Shown in pieces: positions 36,901 through 49,762 of a stretch of DNA of 64,000 bases. Every line of letters starts with the position of its first letter. Within the stretch, counting starts at the first letter, position 1. The stretch covers positions 11,594,001 through 11,658,000 of the forward strand of contig JBHGNT010000007.1 of assembly GCA_043228905.1 (NCBI GenBank). The letters run 5' to 3'. A program made the translations under genes and the position numbers. The stretch comes from Azolla caroliniana. Its lineage: Eukaryota > Plantae > Polypodiophyta. The notes beneath the pieces were generated by a model. The model saw nothing but the letters and a program-made list of their open reading frames with translations. It was not told where the DNA came from and ran no database searches.

Positions 36901-37485
36901 TGAGGAGTCCTTCTTAATAGTGCTAGAAGGATGTACTGATATGGCAAATAGGAACATTGCCTCTTTGGGTCCTTCTTCGCGTAGTTGATGGAGTGAAATG
37001 GTCGAAACTCGGTGAGTTGATTCTTGGGGTGGTCGATATCGGACTTCTCTTGTTCTCCAATCTATGGCTGGATTATGTAATTCAAGCCAAGGTAATCCTA
37101 GGACAATGGGATGCTCTGGACTACTAATTATATTAAATGATATTATACACACAAAACTACCTAGGACAACTTGAATGGGTTCTGATTCTTCTACAATATT
37201 CCCGGAAGCAATGGGACGACCATCAATGACCACTACAGATGCGGGACAAGGAAGTTTTCTTAAGGATATCTGAGAAGCTTGGGCAAAATTTCGATCCATG
37301 AAACAGGAATTAGCTCCGGAATCTAAAAGTGCTAGGACAGGTACTGGGGGAGTACTTTTAGTACTAACAATGACTTGGGCTAGGAACACATTGCTAACTT
37401 GCTTGGAAGGAATGGAACCACTAATGGGCTGTACAGATCTAGGGCTGCTGTCCAACCAAATGGCTCCTATTTTGGCTGGACTCAA
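33913..37485 (-). CDS. G3 Pol (PR-RT-RH-IN-chromodomain), in the -1 frame relative to gag
   Basis: Open 1190-aa frame: [30 protein letters not shown]-terminal chromodomain. No ATG at its start. Confidence 0.95.
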   Translation of the reverse strand: MSPAKIGAIWLDSSPRSVQPISGSIPSKQVSNVFLAQVIVSTKSTPPVPVLALLDSGANSCFMDRNFAQASQISLRKLPCPASVVVIDGRPIASGNIVEESEPIQVVLGSFVCIISFNIISSPEHPIVLGLPWLELHNPAIDWRTREVRYRPPQESTHRVSTISLHQLREEGPKEAMFLFAISVHPSSTIKKDSSIQLPAKYHPYADVFDKVKAGTLPHHRPYDCPIDLQPGTEPPWGPIYNLSPTELEVLRAYIEENLASGFIRHSKSPAGAPIFFVKKKDDSLRLVVDYRGLNKVTIRNRYALPLISSLLERVNGAKFFTKIDLRGAYNLVRIRPGDEWKTAFRTRYGHFEYTVMPFGLTNAPAVFQHMANDIFRDLLDICLIIYLDDLLIYSKTQEEHDSHVLLVLKRLRENGLYAKLEKCSFDCKQVEFLGYVISSKGIAMDPAKIQTVLEWQIPRSVRDVQCFLGFANFYRKFIQDYSKIILPLTQLTKKGQAFLWSIEADMAFRHLKKAFTSAPILAHVDTSKPFIMEADASDFALGSILSQQGDKEELHPVAFHSRKFNVAEINYEIHDKELLAIVDSFVQWRHFLEGSPHQVIVFSDHKNLAYFQNARVLNRRQARWAQFLTRFNFEITYRPGKQQGKADALSRRSYLAPRPGDATFDNQKQVILGPTRLHTTRIFHTPMDSRITDDIRATLKTDSFAQDILAHIDTSRASCSQSQQPGIDYRQFEYHDGLLFFKKRVYVPDCSCRLQIVQHCHDTHTAGHFGSTKTLELVQRSFWWPHMRRFVDDYVRTCDACCRAKMPRHHPYGLLEPLPIPSKPWQSICLDFITDLPVSKGFDAILTVVDRYTKMAHFVPCTKAITSEETAALVMREVFRHHGLPDSIISDRGPQFVSKFWQHLFRMLKVSCNLSSGYHPQTDGQAERTNQTLEQYLRCFLSYQQDDWAEILHFAEFAYNNAIHSSTRVSPFLAYTGFHPRWSVIDTPELPTNPRAEDHLERLRKIQMDLSTHLRHAQHTQKTYADRHRIPSSFAIGDRVWLLRRHIKTTRPCDKLDYRRLGPFRITGKINDVTFRLDLPPQLQIHPVFHCSLLEPYKANTIPDRVTPPPPPLELDAGPEYEVAAILDSKLVRNKLYYLVDWLGYSPSERTWEPVENVANAQDLLADFHRKYPDKPGPQLAPTRSTRRL

Positions 37486-38639
37486 TCGTTTAACTCTTCA
37501 TCTAATTGACTAAGGATTTCAAATTTATTTGAGATACTTGGGCTATTAGTACTATGAATACTATCTGACACTCTATTAGTACTATTAATACTATCAGACA
37601 CTCCAAAGGGAAGAATTGACTCGGGTTTAGTACAGGCGACGATTTGATTTACCTGTCTTCTTGGCCTATGGGGACAATTGATGGCGATATGTCCTGGTCC
37701 ACCGCAATAAAGACATAATCGATTGGCACGTCGTCGTTGCTTTTCTTCTTCCGATAACGGGCCGCGTCGACGCATGGTATCGATCTCCATCGGTGTCGAA
37801 GTATTTGCTTGAGGTGTGTCTCATGCAAACGGTTTAGCCGCGACTGCGGCGTAAGTGGGCTCTGGCCTAGAGCGTGGTATCTGTAATTGACGTTCTGAAC
37901 GCCGTTCAAAAAGGCGGTTGTCACATCGAACTGCTTGACTGATTGCCTCCGTAAGAGACTTTGGTTCTTCGGGGAAAGTTAGAAGTAGATCTTTGACATC
38001 GTTTCGCAAGCCATAGCGAAACTGCTCCATTAGTGCTTGATCATCCCAGGGTATATCTGAAGCAAGTAGGCGGAAATCCGCCGCGTAGGCAGAGGCTGGA
38101 CGATCGCCTTGACGCAATCGCCGGATCTTGTTGATCGCCGTCCTGATGCTGTCGGTGTCTCCAAAGCAGGCTTTAAACTCACCAATAAAATCTTCAAAGT
38201 TATTAAGTAAGGGTGATTGTTTTTCTAGAAGCGGAGCAAACCATGCCAAGGCTGAGCCGCTAAGTAGCGTGCCTATTAGGCCGACTCGAGATGCATCAGT
38301 GGGATATCGGGAAGGATGCATCTGGATGACTAAGCGTACCTGATTAAGGAATCCCCGGAATTGCGAACGCGTTCCATCAAATTTCACAGGAAGTCCAATC
38401 TTGGGCTCTTTATGAAATCCTTGGGGACTGGATCCTTGTTGTTGCAACGCTGCTTCGAGTTGTTGTACCCGTAACGCTAACTCCCCATGTTGTTGTTGCG
38501 TTTGTTGTTTTTCTAGAGCGATTTGTTGCAGATCCCCTATCAGCCGTTGGTTTTCTTGTTCCAGGGCAACAAATTTTTCTTTTAGGCACTGTAGCTCGGA
38601 GAAAACGGATTGGTATTCTTGGGCGCTAACAGTAGCCAT
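37482..38639 (-). pseudogene. G3 gag with one premature TGA (37821-37823)
   Basis: ORFs 37821-38639 and 37482-37790 are in frame; [14 protein letters not shown] knuckle lies after the stop. Confidence 0.9.
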
Positions 38640-39466
38640 AGTATAGGGAAAAGGGTAGGAGGATGAGGGAGAGTGACAAGTAGGCTAGAGGAAAAAATTG
38701 GTTCAAACTGTCAGGAATAGTACTAAAACAGAGATGGAATTAGTACTAAGAAGAGTACTAAGAGTAGTACTATTAGTACTAAGAGGACGGGACTGCGTAA
38801 GATTCCCGAGAGAGAGGAAGTGAGAAGAGGAGAGAGAGGGAAATAGAATGATGACAGCAGCTCTTATATTATATGAAAGATAAGTACAAATCGACTAAGA
38901 GGCTTAAGACTGGTGTTGAACCAATTTGGTTCAAAACAATGCCTTGTGCCTCCTTTTATAGTGTTTTTAGGAATAATCCTGAAGCTTCTAGAATGTTCCA
39001 GAGAGATCTGGAATATACATCAATTTTCTATGATAAAGTATAAATGAAAATAATATCCTACAAAATACAATTCATAATCTAATGGTAAGAGCTCGACCCA
39101 TGTAGCATAAAGTCATGGGTTCGAGTCTTGCCATGACACCGTGTGAGAGATAGAGTGTGAGAGAGGAAGAGGTCGACGCCTCTGTGTATTTCCGCCGCCT
39201 GTGGCGAGGACAACGAGCTCAAGGTCGTCGCCTTGCAGCTCGCCATTTGTATACTTCTCTGTGCATAGTTCGTTTGGAGTCTTGGACTCTCGTGGTTTTT
39301 CCCGTCTAGGGTTTTCCACGTTAATCTCTGTGTAATCGTGTCCTTTCTCTGTGGTTCCTATTTTCTGCTATATTGATTCGCGCTTACTCGGTTGTGGCCG
39401 AGCGGTGAAGGTTAATCGGAGCATCGATTGCTCAACAAACTGGTATCAGAGCGACTGTTGCAGAAA

Positions 39467-42400
39467 ATGGAAGGCGGCGGCAGCGGGCAGCCGGGGATGA
39501 TGGTGCTGAATGCACAGAATTACGCCTACTGGAAGATCAAGATGGAGGATCTTCTGATTGTTCGGGACCTGTACGAACCGATCGACAGGTCGGAAATACC
39601 GAAGGGGGTACTTGAGTCGGAATGGAGGCTTCTGAACCGGAAAGCCGTTGCAACCATTCGGCAATACGTCGACGTGAGCGTTCTACAACATGTGGCGAAC
39701 GACACCAACGCATATGAGATGTGGCGGAAGCTGTCGGGCCTCTACGAGAGGAAGAATGCGTTGAACCGGACCTCCCTGATGAGGAAGATAGTGAACCTCA
39801 AGTACCGGGACGGCGAGAGTATGGTGGAACACGTAAGCACGTTCATGGGATTCGTGAACCAGCTTGCGGCGATCAAGTTCCCGCTGGAGGACGCAATGCA
39901 AGCCATCATTCTGATGTGTACATTGCCGGAAAGCTGGGAGAACTTGGTGGTGACTCTCAGCACCTCCTGCACCGAAGATAACTTGTCCCTACAAACGGTA
40001 AAGACAAGTATTTTGAACGAAGAAGCGCGTCGGAGAGATAAAGAACCGGTCTCCGACTCGAAGGCGCTGCTTACCGAATCGGAACGGGGAAGACAATGGA
40101 ACCGGAGTCCGCAAAGACGGGAGAAGTCGGGGACCCGGTCGCAGTCAAGAGGAAGGCCAACATGCTTCCACTGTGGGAAGCCGGGGCACTTCCGAAAGAA
40201 TTGTCGGCATTACCGAAAAGACAACGGAGCCGACGACACCGATTCGAAGAAGTCACCGGAGAGAAACGGTGCATACCGGGGAGCCACGGACCGGAGAGGT
40301 CCGGATCGGCGAGGGCAGGACCGGAAAGGAACGACGGCACTCGCGGCAAGTGAAGAAGAGATAATGCTTATTACCGAAGAGAGGGAGCTGAACCTTGCCG
40401 GTGTAGAGATGACCTGGGTGGTCGATTCCGGAGCGTTGTTCCACCTGACCCCGGAGAAGAAATACTTCTCATCCTACACAGCCGGTGAGCACGGCTGTGT
40501 CCGGATGGGAAATGAAGGCACATGCCGGATTGCCGGCATAGGAGACGTGTGGCTGTTGACATCAACCGGATGCAAGATGCTGTTGAAGGATGTGCGACAC
40601 GTTCCGGAGGTCCGATTGAACCTGATCTCGGCCGGGAGGCTAGATGATGAAGGCTACACGGGTAGCATCCGGAACGGTGTCATGAAGTTCAGCAAGGGGA
40701 GCCTGATAGTGGCTCGGGCCCGGAAGGTCAACACCCTGTACCTGATGAATTCCCGGCTATGTTCGGAGGAGCTGAACGTGGCAGCCGACACTGCCGGTGA
40801 GCTGTGGCACAAGAGACTGTGCCACATGAGCGAGAAGGGGATGAAGAGGCTTGCAGAAGACAACCTCATTCCAGTGAAGCATGTGCATCTGGAGAAGTGC
40901 ACCGATTGCCTGGCCGGTAAGCAGAACCGAACCTCCTTCCACTCAAGGCCACCGACGAGACGTAGCGCACCATTGGAGTTGGTGCACACTGATGTGTGTC
41001 AGGTAGAAACGAAGTCACATGGCGGAGCCCAGTACTTCGTGACTTTCATTGATGATCACAGCCGGAAGCTGTGGACGGCGCCGTTGAAGACAAAGGACCA
41101 AGTGTTGTCCGTCTTCAAAGAACCCCACGCGAGAGTGGAAAGGGAATCCGGCAAGAAGCTGAAAGCGATACGAGCGGATAACGGAGGGGAATACCGGGGG
41201 CAGTTCCAGGAGTACTGTCGCTCGAAGGGAATCCGGCTCGAGTTTACTGTGCCGAAGACGCCGGAACTGAACGGGCTGGCCGAGAGGATGAACCGGACCA
41301 TAATGGAGAGGGTCCGGAGTATGCTAGCGCATGCGAAATTACCCAAGGGGTTTTGGGCTGAGGCGATGTCGACGGCGACATACGTGATAAATAGATCACC
41401 CTCAGTACCTCTGGACGGAGACACGCCGCAGAAAGTGTGGACCGGTAAGGAAGTGTCCTACCGGCATCTGAAGGTGTTCGGGTGTCTCGCATACGTGCAT
41501 GTGGCAAAGGACCGGAGAGGAAAGCTAGATCCAAAGACCCGGCCATGCATATTCCTCGGTTACGGCGACGACGAGTTCGGCTACCGAGTATGGGACCCGG
41601 TCGACAAGAAGATATTCAGGAGTCGAGACATCATCTTCATGGAGGACAAGACACTCGCCGACTGGGAGTCGGAGAAGAAGATGAAGAGCTCCAAGTCGAC
41701 CGGTGAGGATCAACTCTACGAGGAGCAGTCCCGACCGGCAAGGGACCGGTTAACACTCGAGGATCCGGCCGAAGACTATGAAGAAACAGAACCGGCCGAA
41801 GAAGATGAAAATGATACCGGAACCGGCCCCGATCCCGAAATGGATTCGGATGAAGAAGAATCGGAAGAACCGGTTACCGAAGCTCCGGAACGGAGATATC
41901 CTCTAAGAGAGAGAAGGGCCCCCCGGAGATTTCCGGAACCAGAGCACGTGCTGCTAACCGACGAAGGGGAGCCGGAGAGCTTTGAAGAAGCAAAGTATGA
42001 CACCCAGAGCCGCAGGTGGTTGAGTGCCATGTAGGACGAGATGGATTCCCTGCATGAGAACCACACATATGAACTTGTGGAGTTGCCGAAAGGAAAGCGG
42101 GCACTTCGAAACAAGTGGGTGTTCAAGCTGAAACCGGGAGACGCCGGAAACCCCCCGAGATACAAAGCCAGGATCGTGGTGAAGGGGTTTCAGCAGAAGA
42201 AGGGCGTCGACTTCGACGAGATATTCGCCCTGGTAGTGAAGATGACCTCCATCCGGACGGTGCTGAGCATAGCGGCAAGCATGGACCTCGAGGTAGAACA
42301 GATGGACGTGAAGACGGCATTCCTTCACGGTGACCTCGAAGAAGAGATCTACATGCAGCAACCGGAAGGATTCGAGAAGAAAGGGAAGGAGCACCTAGTA

Positions 42401-43540
42401 TGCCGGTTGAAGAAGAGCCTTTACGGACTGAAGCAGGCTCCCCGGCAATGGTACCGGAAGTTCGACTCCTTCATGACCGACGAAGGGTACCACAAAACGC
42501 AGTCTGATCACTGCGTGTTTGTGAAGAAGTTCGAAGGAGGAGACTCTCTAATACTCCTCCTGTACGTGGATGACATGTTGATCGTCGGACGGGACCAGGT
42601 CAAGATACGGACGTTGAAGAAAGCGCTTCACCGAACCTTCTCAATGAAGGACCTGGGTCCGGCGAGGCAAATACTAGGGATGCACATCATCCGGGACCGG
42701 AAGAAGAAGCAGTTGTGGCTGTCACAGGAGAAGTACGTGACAAAGGTGCTTCACCGGTTCAACATGTCGGAAGCAAGACCGGTCGGGTCAACCCTCCCGG
42801 CAAACTGCAAGTTGTCCAGCAAGCAAAGCCCCAAGACAAAGGCTGAGAAGGAGGACATGATGAAAGTACCATATGCCTCTGCCGTCGGAAGCCTAATGTA
42901 CGCAATGGTGTGTACAAGACCGGACATAGGATATGCAGTTGGAGTGGTGAGCCGGTACATGAGCAATCCCGGCAAAGAGCACTGGAACGCGGTCAAGTGG
43001 ATACTCCGATACCTGAAGGGCACGGCAAACGTGTGCCTCCGATTCGGCTCCGGTAAGCCCGAACTCGACGGCTTTACCGATTCGGATATGTCGGCTGATG
43101 CAGATACCAGCCGGTCCACATCAGGGTATGTGATGACGTATGCAGGGGGAGCTGTTTCGTGGCAGTCGAGGCTGCAGAAGACGGTTGCGTTGTCAACCAC
43201 GGAGGCGGAGTACATGGCGGCTGTTGAAGCCGGCAAGGAAATAATATGGATGAAGGACTTCATTAGAGAGCTCGGTATCCAGCAGGAGGAGTACCGACTC
43301 TACTGCGACAGTCAGAGTGCCATCCACCTTGCGAAGAACGCGGCTTATCACTCCCGGACGAAGCACATCCAGCGAAGATATCACTGGATCCGGGAAAGGA
43401 TAGAAGACAAGGAGTTCGAGCTGACGAAGGTCCACACGGACGAGAACGGGTCGGATATGCTGACCAAGGTGCTCACACCCGACAAGCTGGAAGCATGCCA
43501 GAAGAGGATCGGACTGGAGAGACATCCCATGCCGAAGTGA
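39467..43540 (+). pseudogene. C2 Gag-Pol with a single in-frame TAG (42032-42034)
   Basis: CFHCGKPGHFRKNC, VVDSGA, HTDVC, DNGGEY, then RT YVDD and RH in the same frame after the stop. Confidence 0.93.
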
Positions 43541-44116
43541 AGGGGGAGTTTGTTGGGATTTCGGTCCCTCCGGATGGGATGTCCGGAGATGAATGACGAC
43601 AAGCCCGGTTGCGGTTACGGAGCCGGATGACGAATGTACCCGGAGAGAGATCCGGATGCGGAGACATATTCGTGAATATGTTTGCCAAGAGCCCTTGAGG
43701 CTATATTTGTAAATAGCCCGAAAGTCATATGTGTATAAATATGACTTAGGGCAAACAGTTTTGCTGTTGCTACTCATTTTTCTGTTTTTCCACTCAAGAG
43801 GAGTGAAGAGAGAGCAGCCGTGTGAGAGATAGAGTGTGAGAGAGGAAGAGGTCGACGCCTCTGTGTATTTCCGCCGCCTGTGGCGAGGACAACGAGCTCA
43901 AGGTCGTCGCCTTGCAGCTCGCCATTTGTATACTTCTCTGTGCATAGTTCGTTTGGAGTCTTGGACTCCCGTGGTTTTTCCCGTCTAGGGTTTTCCACGT
44001 TAATCTCTGTGTAATCGTGTCCTTTCTCTGTGGCTCCTATTTTCTGCTATATTGATTCGCGCTTACTCGGTTGTGGTTGAGCGGTGAAGGTTAATCGGAG
44101 CATCGATTGCTCAACA

Positions 44117-45984
44117 GGTGGCTCTTTTCCTCGTTGGAGGTCAATGGGACAATCGTATGGCCGATGCTTTGGAAGTACACTAGCTTTGACTTTGTCGAAA
44201 ACATCAACATATTCTTGATATTTTTCGGGAATTTGGATGTTTGAATTCCCTTGAGTCGCACTAGAAGGTGTCACTGATATTCCAAATAAAAAAAGTTCCT
44301 CCTTTCCTCCCACTTGGAACAATTGCTGCAATGTGATGGTTGAGATTTGGTGAAAAGGAGATGGTGCAGTGGTAGAACTATATTCTTTAAGGGAATACTC
44401 TCGAGTTCGATCCTTAGCAATGATGTTTTTTGCAGAAGGGCACCAAATTTCTCGCCTCCTCCAATCTGTTCGTGGGTTATGTAGCTCGAACCATGGCAAA
44501 CCAAGGACAATTGGATGCTCGGCGCTACGGATTATATTAAAGGAAACTACACATCCTAAATCACCTAAGAGTATGTGTATTGGCTCTGCCTCTTCGAATA
44601 TCTTCCCGGAAGCTATGGAACGACCATCAATCACTACTACGGAAACTGGGCAAGGAAGTGTGTGCAAGGATATTTGATGTTTTTGGACAAAATCTCTATC
44701 CATGAAACAAGAATTGGCTCCGGTATCTAAGAGGGCTTGGATGTGAAGTTGGCACCTTGGTGTCCTAACTTGTACTTGGGCTGAGAAGACTCTACTAACA
44801 TGCTTCGATGAAATGGAACCTACACTAGGTTGTACAGAGCTAGGTTTGTCCAACCAAATGGCTCCTATTTTGGCCAGACTTATTCGTTTGACTTCTTTTC
44901 TCATTGTCTTAGGACTTCAAACTTATTGGACAAGGATGGGTTATTCATAATATTAGAATCACTAAGTGTTTCTAAAATGTTGGACTCATTTTTATTGTCA
45001 TAGTGAATTTGATTTACCTGACGTCTCGGCCTACGGGAGCAATGAATGGCTATATGTCTTGGACCTCCGCAATATAAGCACAGACGGTTTGCTCAACACC
45101 GTTGCTTCTCTTCGTCCAACAATGGTCCTCGACGTTGGGTCATATCAATCTCCATGGGTGTCAGCCTATCCATTGGGGTTGGGCTACGTGTTTGCCTTGT
45201 GGTTGGAGCAGGGCTATATGTTTGCCTTGGAGACGATTGCGCCATTACTGATGCATAAGTTGGTGTGTATCTTGATCTTGTTATTCGTTGTTGTCGCTCA
45301 CATCGACGCTCAAAAACATGATTATCACACCGTATTGCTCGACTAATAGCTTCTGCAAGTGATCTTGGATCCTCGAGGAAGGTAAGAAGTAAGTTCTTCA
45401 CATCACTACGAAGCCTGGAACGAAATTGCTCCATTAGAGCTTGTTCATCCCAAGGAATATCACTTGCGATGAGACAAAAATTAGCGTCATATGTTGAGGC
45501 TGGTTGATCTCTTTGACGTAGTGTATGAATCTTGTTGATTGCCATTCTTGCCCCATCTGTATCTCCGAAGCAAGCCTTAAATTCTTTGACAAACTCCTCG
45601 AAATTATGCAGTAGAGGAGAATTTGTCTCTAGTAATGGAGCAAACCATGACAACGCTATGCTAGTCAATAAGGTGCCCACTAACCCGACTCGTGATGCAT
45701 CTATTGAATAACGCGTGTGATGCATTTGGATTACCAACCACACTTGATTCAAGAAACCTTGAACCATCGAATTTAGCTAGGAGACTGATTTTGGGCTCCT
45801 TAATACTTCCTTGACCTTCAACCCTTTGTTGTTGTAAAATTACAATTGTCGATTCTAATTGTTGCACCCATCGTGTAAAATCTTCTTGTTGTAGTTGCTT
45901 CTCAACAGTAACCTTTTGTAGATCCCCAAGAAGATGTTGATTCTCTAATTCAAGAGATGCGAACTTGGATTTAATATTCTCCAT
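44117..45984 (-). pseudogene. Chromovirus A gag and protease (degenerate)
   Basis: LLDTGANS protease; gag pieces homologous to G3 gag. Confidence 0.9.
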
Positions 45985-46062
45985 TTCTGCAACAAGGGTG
46001 AGATATTCTTCCGAGTTGATGGCAACTGTGTTTCGTGATGTATATAGAGGAGGATAAGGGAG

Positions 46063-46154
46063 AGATAGATAGATAGATAGATAGATAGATTATATTATCG
46101 TCTTTGGAGGTCAAATATGACCTATGAGACCAAGAGAGAGAGAGAGAGAGAGAG
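46063..46154 (+). repeat. (GATA)n and (GA)n microsatellites in the 5' leader of element A
   Basis: Direct reading of the sequence. Confidence 0.9.
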
Positions 46155-46170
46155 GGAATTCGAATCAAAC

Positions 46171-46611
46171 TGTCAGAACCAAGAGAAAAGATAGAGTGGT
46201 AGAAGAAAGATGTAAAGAGATCACAAGAAGAGAGGAATGAAGTGATAAGAGAAGAATGAATGTATTAGTAAGATAGACTGAAGATGGATACAACAAAGGT
46301 GACGAAAGCTTAAGATTGGTGTTGATTCGAATTGGTTTGAGAAGAATCATATGTCCATATTTATAGGTTCCTGTAGAATAGCCTAGTGATTTCTATAATG
46401 TTCTAGATCTAGAATATTCTAAGATGTTCTAGGATATTCTAGAATGTTCTAGAATGTTCCATAACTTTTACAATAATCAATCTATTACAAGAAGTAGCTT
46501 TTATTATTTTATATAATCACATGCTATCGTAATGGTTAGGATTTTGATTATGTATTACAAGGTGTTGGGTTCAAGCTCAAGTGAAGCCATGATGCTTATG
46601 TATTCATGACA
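46171..46611 (-). repeat. 5' LTR of chromovirus A
   Basis: TGTCA...TGACA with the same layout as the G1/G3 LTRs; the partner LTR lies outside the window. Confidence 0.85.
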
Positions 46612-47399
46612 TTGAGCACCTTGTCTTTTGACCAAATCGAATAGGCCCAAACTTTCCAAGTACAATCATCCACAAATGGGATGAAGTACTAGGAGCCTCC
46701 TAGTGACCTTTCAAGCATTGGTCCACAAACATCGGTGTGGATCAGTTCTAAGTGTTGTCATAGTGTCTCGTAGTGGAGGGAATGTGGACTTCGGGTCTGT
46801 TTCCCGTAGTGACAATGCTCGTAGAAATCCATCTTCGTTTGGAGTTTAGGGATGTAGCTGATTGTCATTAAGTGGTCCAGTCCGACTTAGGAAAAATGAC
46901 CGAGTTGGCCATGCCATAAGTTTGATTATGATGAAATGGGTATGTTCATGGCCCCTTTTGGACGGATCACCATCAATGGGTACAAGTTGTTGTACTTGTA
47001 ACCGCAACCGATTTTCATATTCCCTCAGTTGATCGACCATGATGACTCACTTAGAGTCGTCTGATACCCAACTTCGGCTAACATGTCGATGGAAACCAGA
47101 CTCCTCTTCAGCTTGGGTACATGCCAGACGTGGTGCAGGGTGATTGAATTGTTGTTTGACAATTGAATAGGAACTTCTTTGGTCCCTTTGATTTGGCACT
47201 CCTGCTGATTGCCAAGTCGGACTGTGCTGCCGGCGTCGATTGAAAAGTTCAAGAACCATTCGATATTGGGGGTTATGTGAAAAGTGGCGCCAGAGTCCAA
47301 TAACCATGTTCCTGCGTCATGCACACTATATAGGACTTCTCCGATCATTTAGTCCTCCAGAGACATGATTTCTTATGATTGGGAGTCGACAACATTGAT
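46612..47399 (-). pseudogene. C3: degenerate copia protease and integrase start (host of A)
   Basis: WLLDSGATFH, HVPKLKRSLVS, and LIHTDVCGP at the DNA level near 46730. Confidence 0.8.
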
Positions 47400-48362
47400 T
47401 TGGTTGCAAGCTCGGCCACCACGGAGAAGAGTGCCGAAAGAAGATGCGTGAATCGGCTTCCACAAGCCGACAACTCACGAATTACGCACACAACTCCGAC
47501 TACGAAGATCGTGGCGGAATGTATGCACACAACTCCGACCGCGGTGAAATGTACAGGCACAACTCCGACTACGAAGATCGTAGTGGAATGTATGCGCACA
47601 CCTCCGACCGTGGCGGAATGTTCATGATGAAACATAGAGCAAACTCTATGTCGGCCGCTACTTCAACTAGTGCCTCCGGTCCGGAAGACGTATGGTTCGT
47701 CGATTCCGATGCCTCGAACCATATGACATCGCATCAAGAATGGTTCCGAGAACTTCGAGAGCCGGACCGACCCGGCTATGTCGAAACCGGAGATGACACT
47801 ACGCACCCGATTCCGCACATTGGCAATGTTCTGTTTGGAAAAGAAGGTAAGCAAAATTACATTAAAAATGTCTTGCATGTACCGACCATTATGAAGAATT
47901 TGGTCTCCGTCGGCCAAATTGTAGAGCAAGGGATGCAAGTTCTATTTAATCAAGGTGGTTGCTTCATCGAAAAAGAGGGCCGACTCATCGCACGTGGAAG
48001 AAGAGAGGGCCGGATGTTCATTCTCGATTCATGCGAGATGAAATCCGCCATGTTCGCGAAAAACACGAAAGCCGACTCCGACATAGAGCTATGGCACAAG
48101 CAAATCGGCCAGATCAATCTCAACAAACTCAAAGCAATGAAATCGAAAGGAGTCGTCATCGGACTCCCAACATTCAAAGAGAAGGAGATTGAAGGTGTAT
48201 GCGAAGCGTGCCAATTCGGCAAGCAATACCGACACCCATTCCCGAAAGAGCGGAACATGAGCAAAGGTCTACTCAACGCAGTCCATTCTGACGTATGGGA
48301 ACCAGCGCAGACAACTACATTTGGTGGATGCCGATATTACGTGCTCTTCATCGACGACTTCT
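47400..48362 (+). pseudogene. C4: copia fragment (knuckle end, protease, pre-integrase)
   Basis: KLGHHGEEC, WFVDSDASNHM, CEACQFGK, HSDVW, FIDDFS; truncated at both ends. Confidence 0.85.
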
Positions 48363-48449
48363 CTTGGCTCTATTCAGCATGTCCTAAGAGCTGATCAGGT
48401 CGTCAACTTTTCTCCTTTTTCTTCTCTTAGGAATGGGCCGATCATAACC

Positions 48450-49762
48450 AGTTATCACATATACGTATGCGGGGTGCAAAGATCACAATCGATAGAAAAC
48501 CGAAAAACAAAAAGACACAAGATATTTAACGTGGAAAATCCGAAAGGGAAAAACCACTGGGGTCCATAAACCCCAGGAACTAAATCACTATAAAGGTAAG
48601 GTATACAATAAGGATCTCAGAGGCAATAACCTTCGAGTCCTTGTTCGTCTAACAGATGGCGGTAGAGTTACTATCTCTGTCTATGTCTGACTCTTACACA
48701 CAGTTACATTGGCCACGACCTCGTTAGTAACTATTCAACTATATTGATCAACTCCACAAATATCTAACCATAATGATTGCCCTAGGTGTATTTATTTTGA
48801 TACAACATTCAAGGCTATTTACAAATGTGGCCCACTAAGGGTATATTTAGACTATTTACAAATATTGTCTCCTGAATCGGCTTCGACCAATTTGGCTAAC
48901 AAACTTCCCCTTCACTCCGGCATGGGGTACTTTGTCAATCCGGCTCTTTATCGGCAGGCATTCAGCTTCTCTGCTGATAGCATCTTCGTCAGTATATCTG
49001 ATCCATTGTCGTTTGTGTGGATCTTCACTAGAGTAAACTCCTTTTCTTCTACTCGCTCTCGGAGCCAATGGTATCTTCTTTGGATTAGCTTGGTCTTTGA
49101 GTGGTAGGTGACATTCTTCGCAAGGTGGATGGCACTCTAGTTATCACAATGGAGTCGGAATTCCTCTTGCCGAATCCCCAACTCTCCGATGAACTCCTTC
49201 ATCCATATTATCTCCTTGCCGGCTTCCACTGTAGCCATATACTCAGCTTCCGTGGTCGACAACGCCACGACCTTCTGCAGCCTCGACTGCCACGAAACAA
49301 CTCCCCCTGCATAAGTCATCATGTATCCAAATGTGAATCAGCTGGTATAACCTTTCGGTGTGGGGTTACTTGAGCCAAATAGAAGACACACGCTTGAGGT
49401 GCCTCTCAGGTACTGAAGTATCCATTTGACTGCCGTCGAATGTTCGTTGCCGGGATTGCTCATAAATTGGCTGACAACTCTAACTGCATAACCAATGTCT
49501 GTCCTAGTGCAAACCATTGCATACCTTTGGCTTCCTCCTACTGAGGCATAGGGGACATTCATCATCTCAGCTTTCTCCAGTTTAATTTTCGGACATTGGT
49601 TTTTTATTAGCTAGTAGTTTGTCAGCAATGTCGAGCCGACTGGTTTCGAATTCTACATGTTGAACCTCTAGAGAACCTTTCTCACGTATTTCTCCCATCA
49701 CAACCACAACAATCTCGTTGTTCGATCTCGAACAATGTGCATACCCAGAATCTGCTTTGCCT
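48450..49762 (-). mobile_element. C5: truncated copia 3' end (RT/RH remnant, PPT, 3' LTR starting at 48901)
   Basis: VPYAS, SWQSRLQKVVALSTTEAEY; on minus AGGGGAAGTT then TGTTAGCC; conserved GGATTTTCCACGTTAA LTR motif. Left boundary uncertain. Confidence 0.78.

Larger units (their letters stand above)
33472..39138 (-). mobile_element. G3: full-length, very recent Tcn1-like chromovirus
   Basis: Apparently identical 430-bp LTRs 33472-33901 and 38709-39138; TSD CCGTG; PPT 33902-33913. Confidence 0.97.
33144..44116 (+). mobile_element. C2: full-length Ty1/copia with G3 inserted in its 5' LTR
   Basis: TSD GGTGG (33139-33143, 44117-44121); 5' LTR 33144-33471 plus 39144-39437; 3' LTR 43551-44116; Met PBS 39441-39452; PPT about 43539-43548. 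Confidence 0.96.

Noticed and set aside
37821-37823. Programmed stop-codon readthrough in G3 gag
   Set aside because: G1 has CAA at the same codon, which points to CpG decay of CGA.
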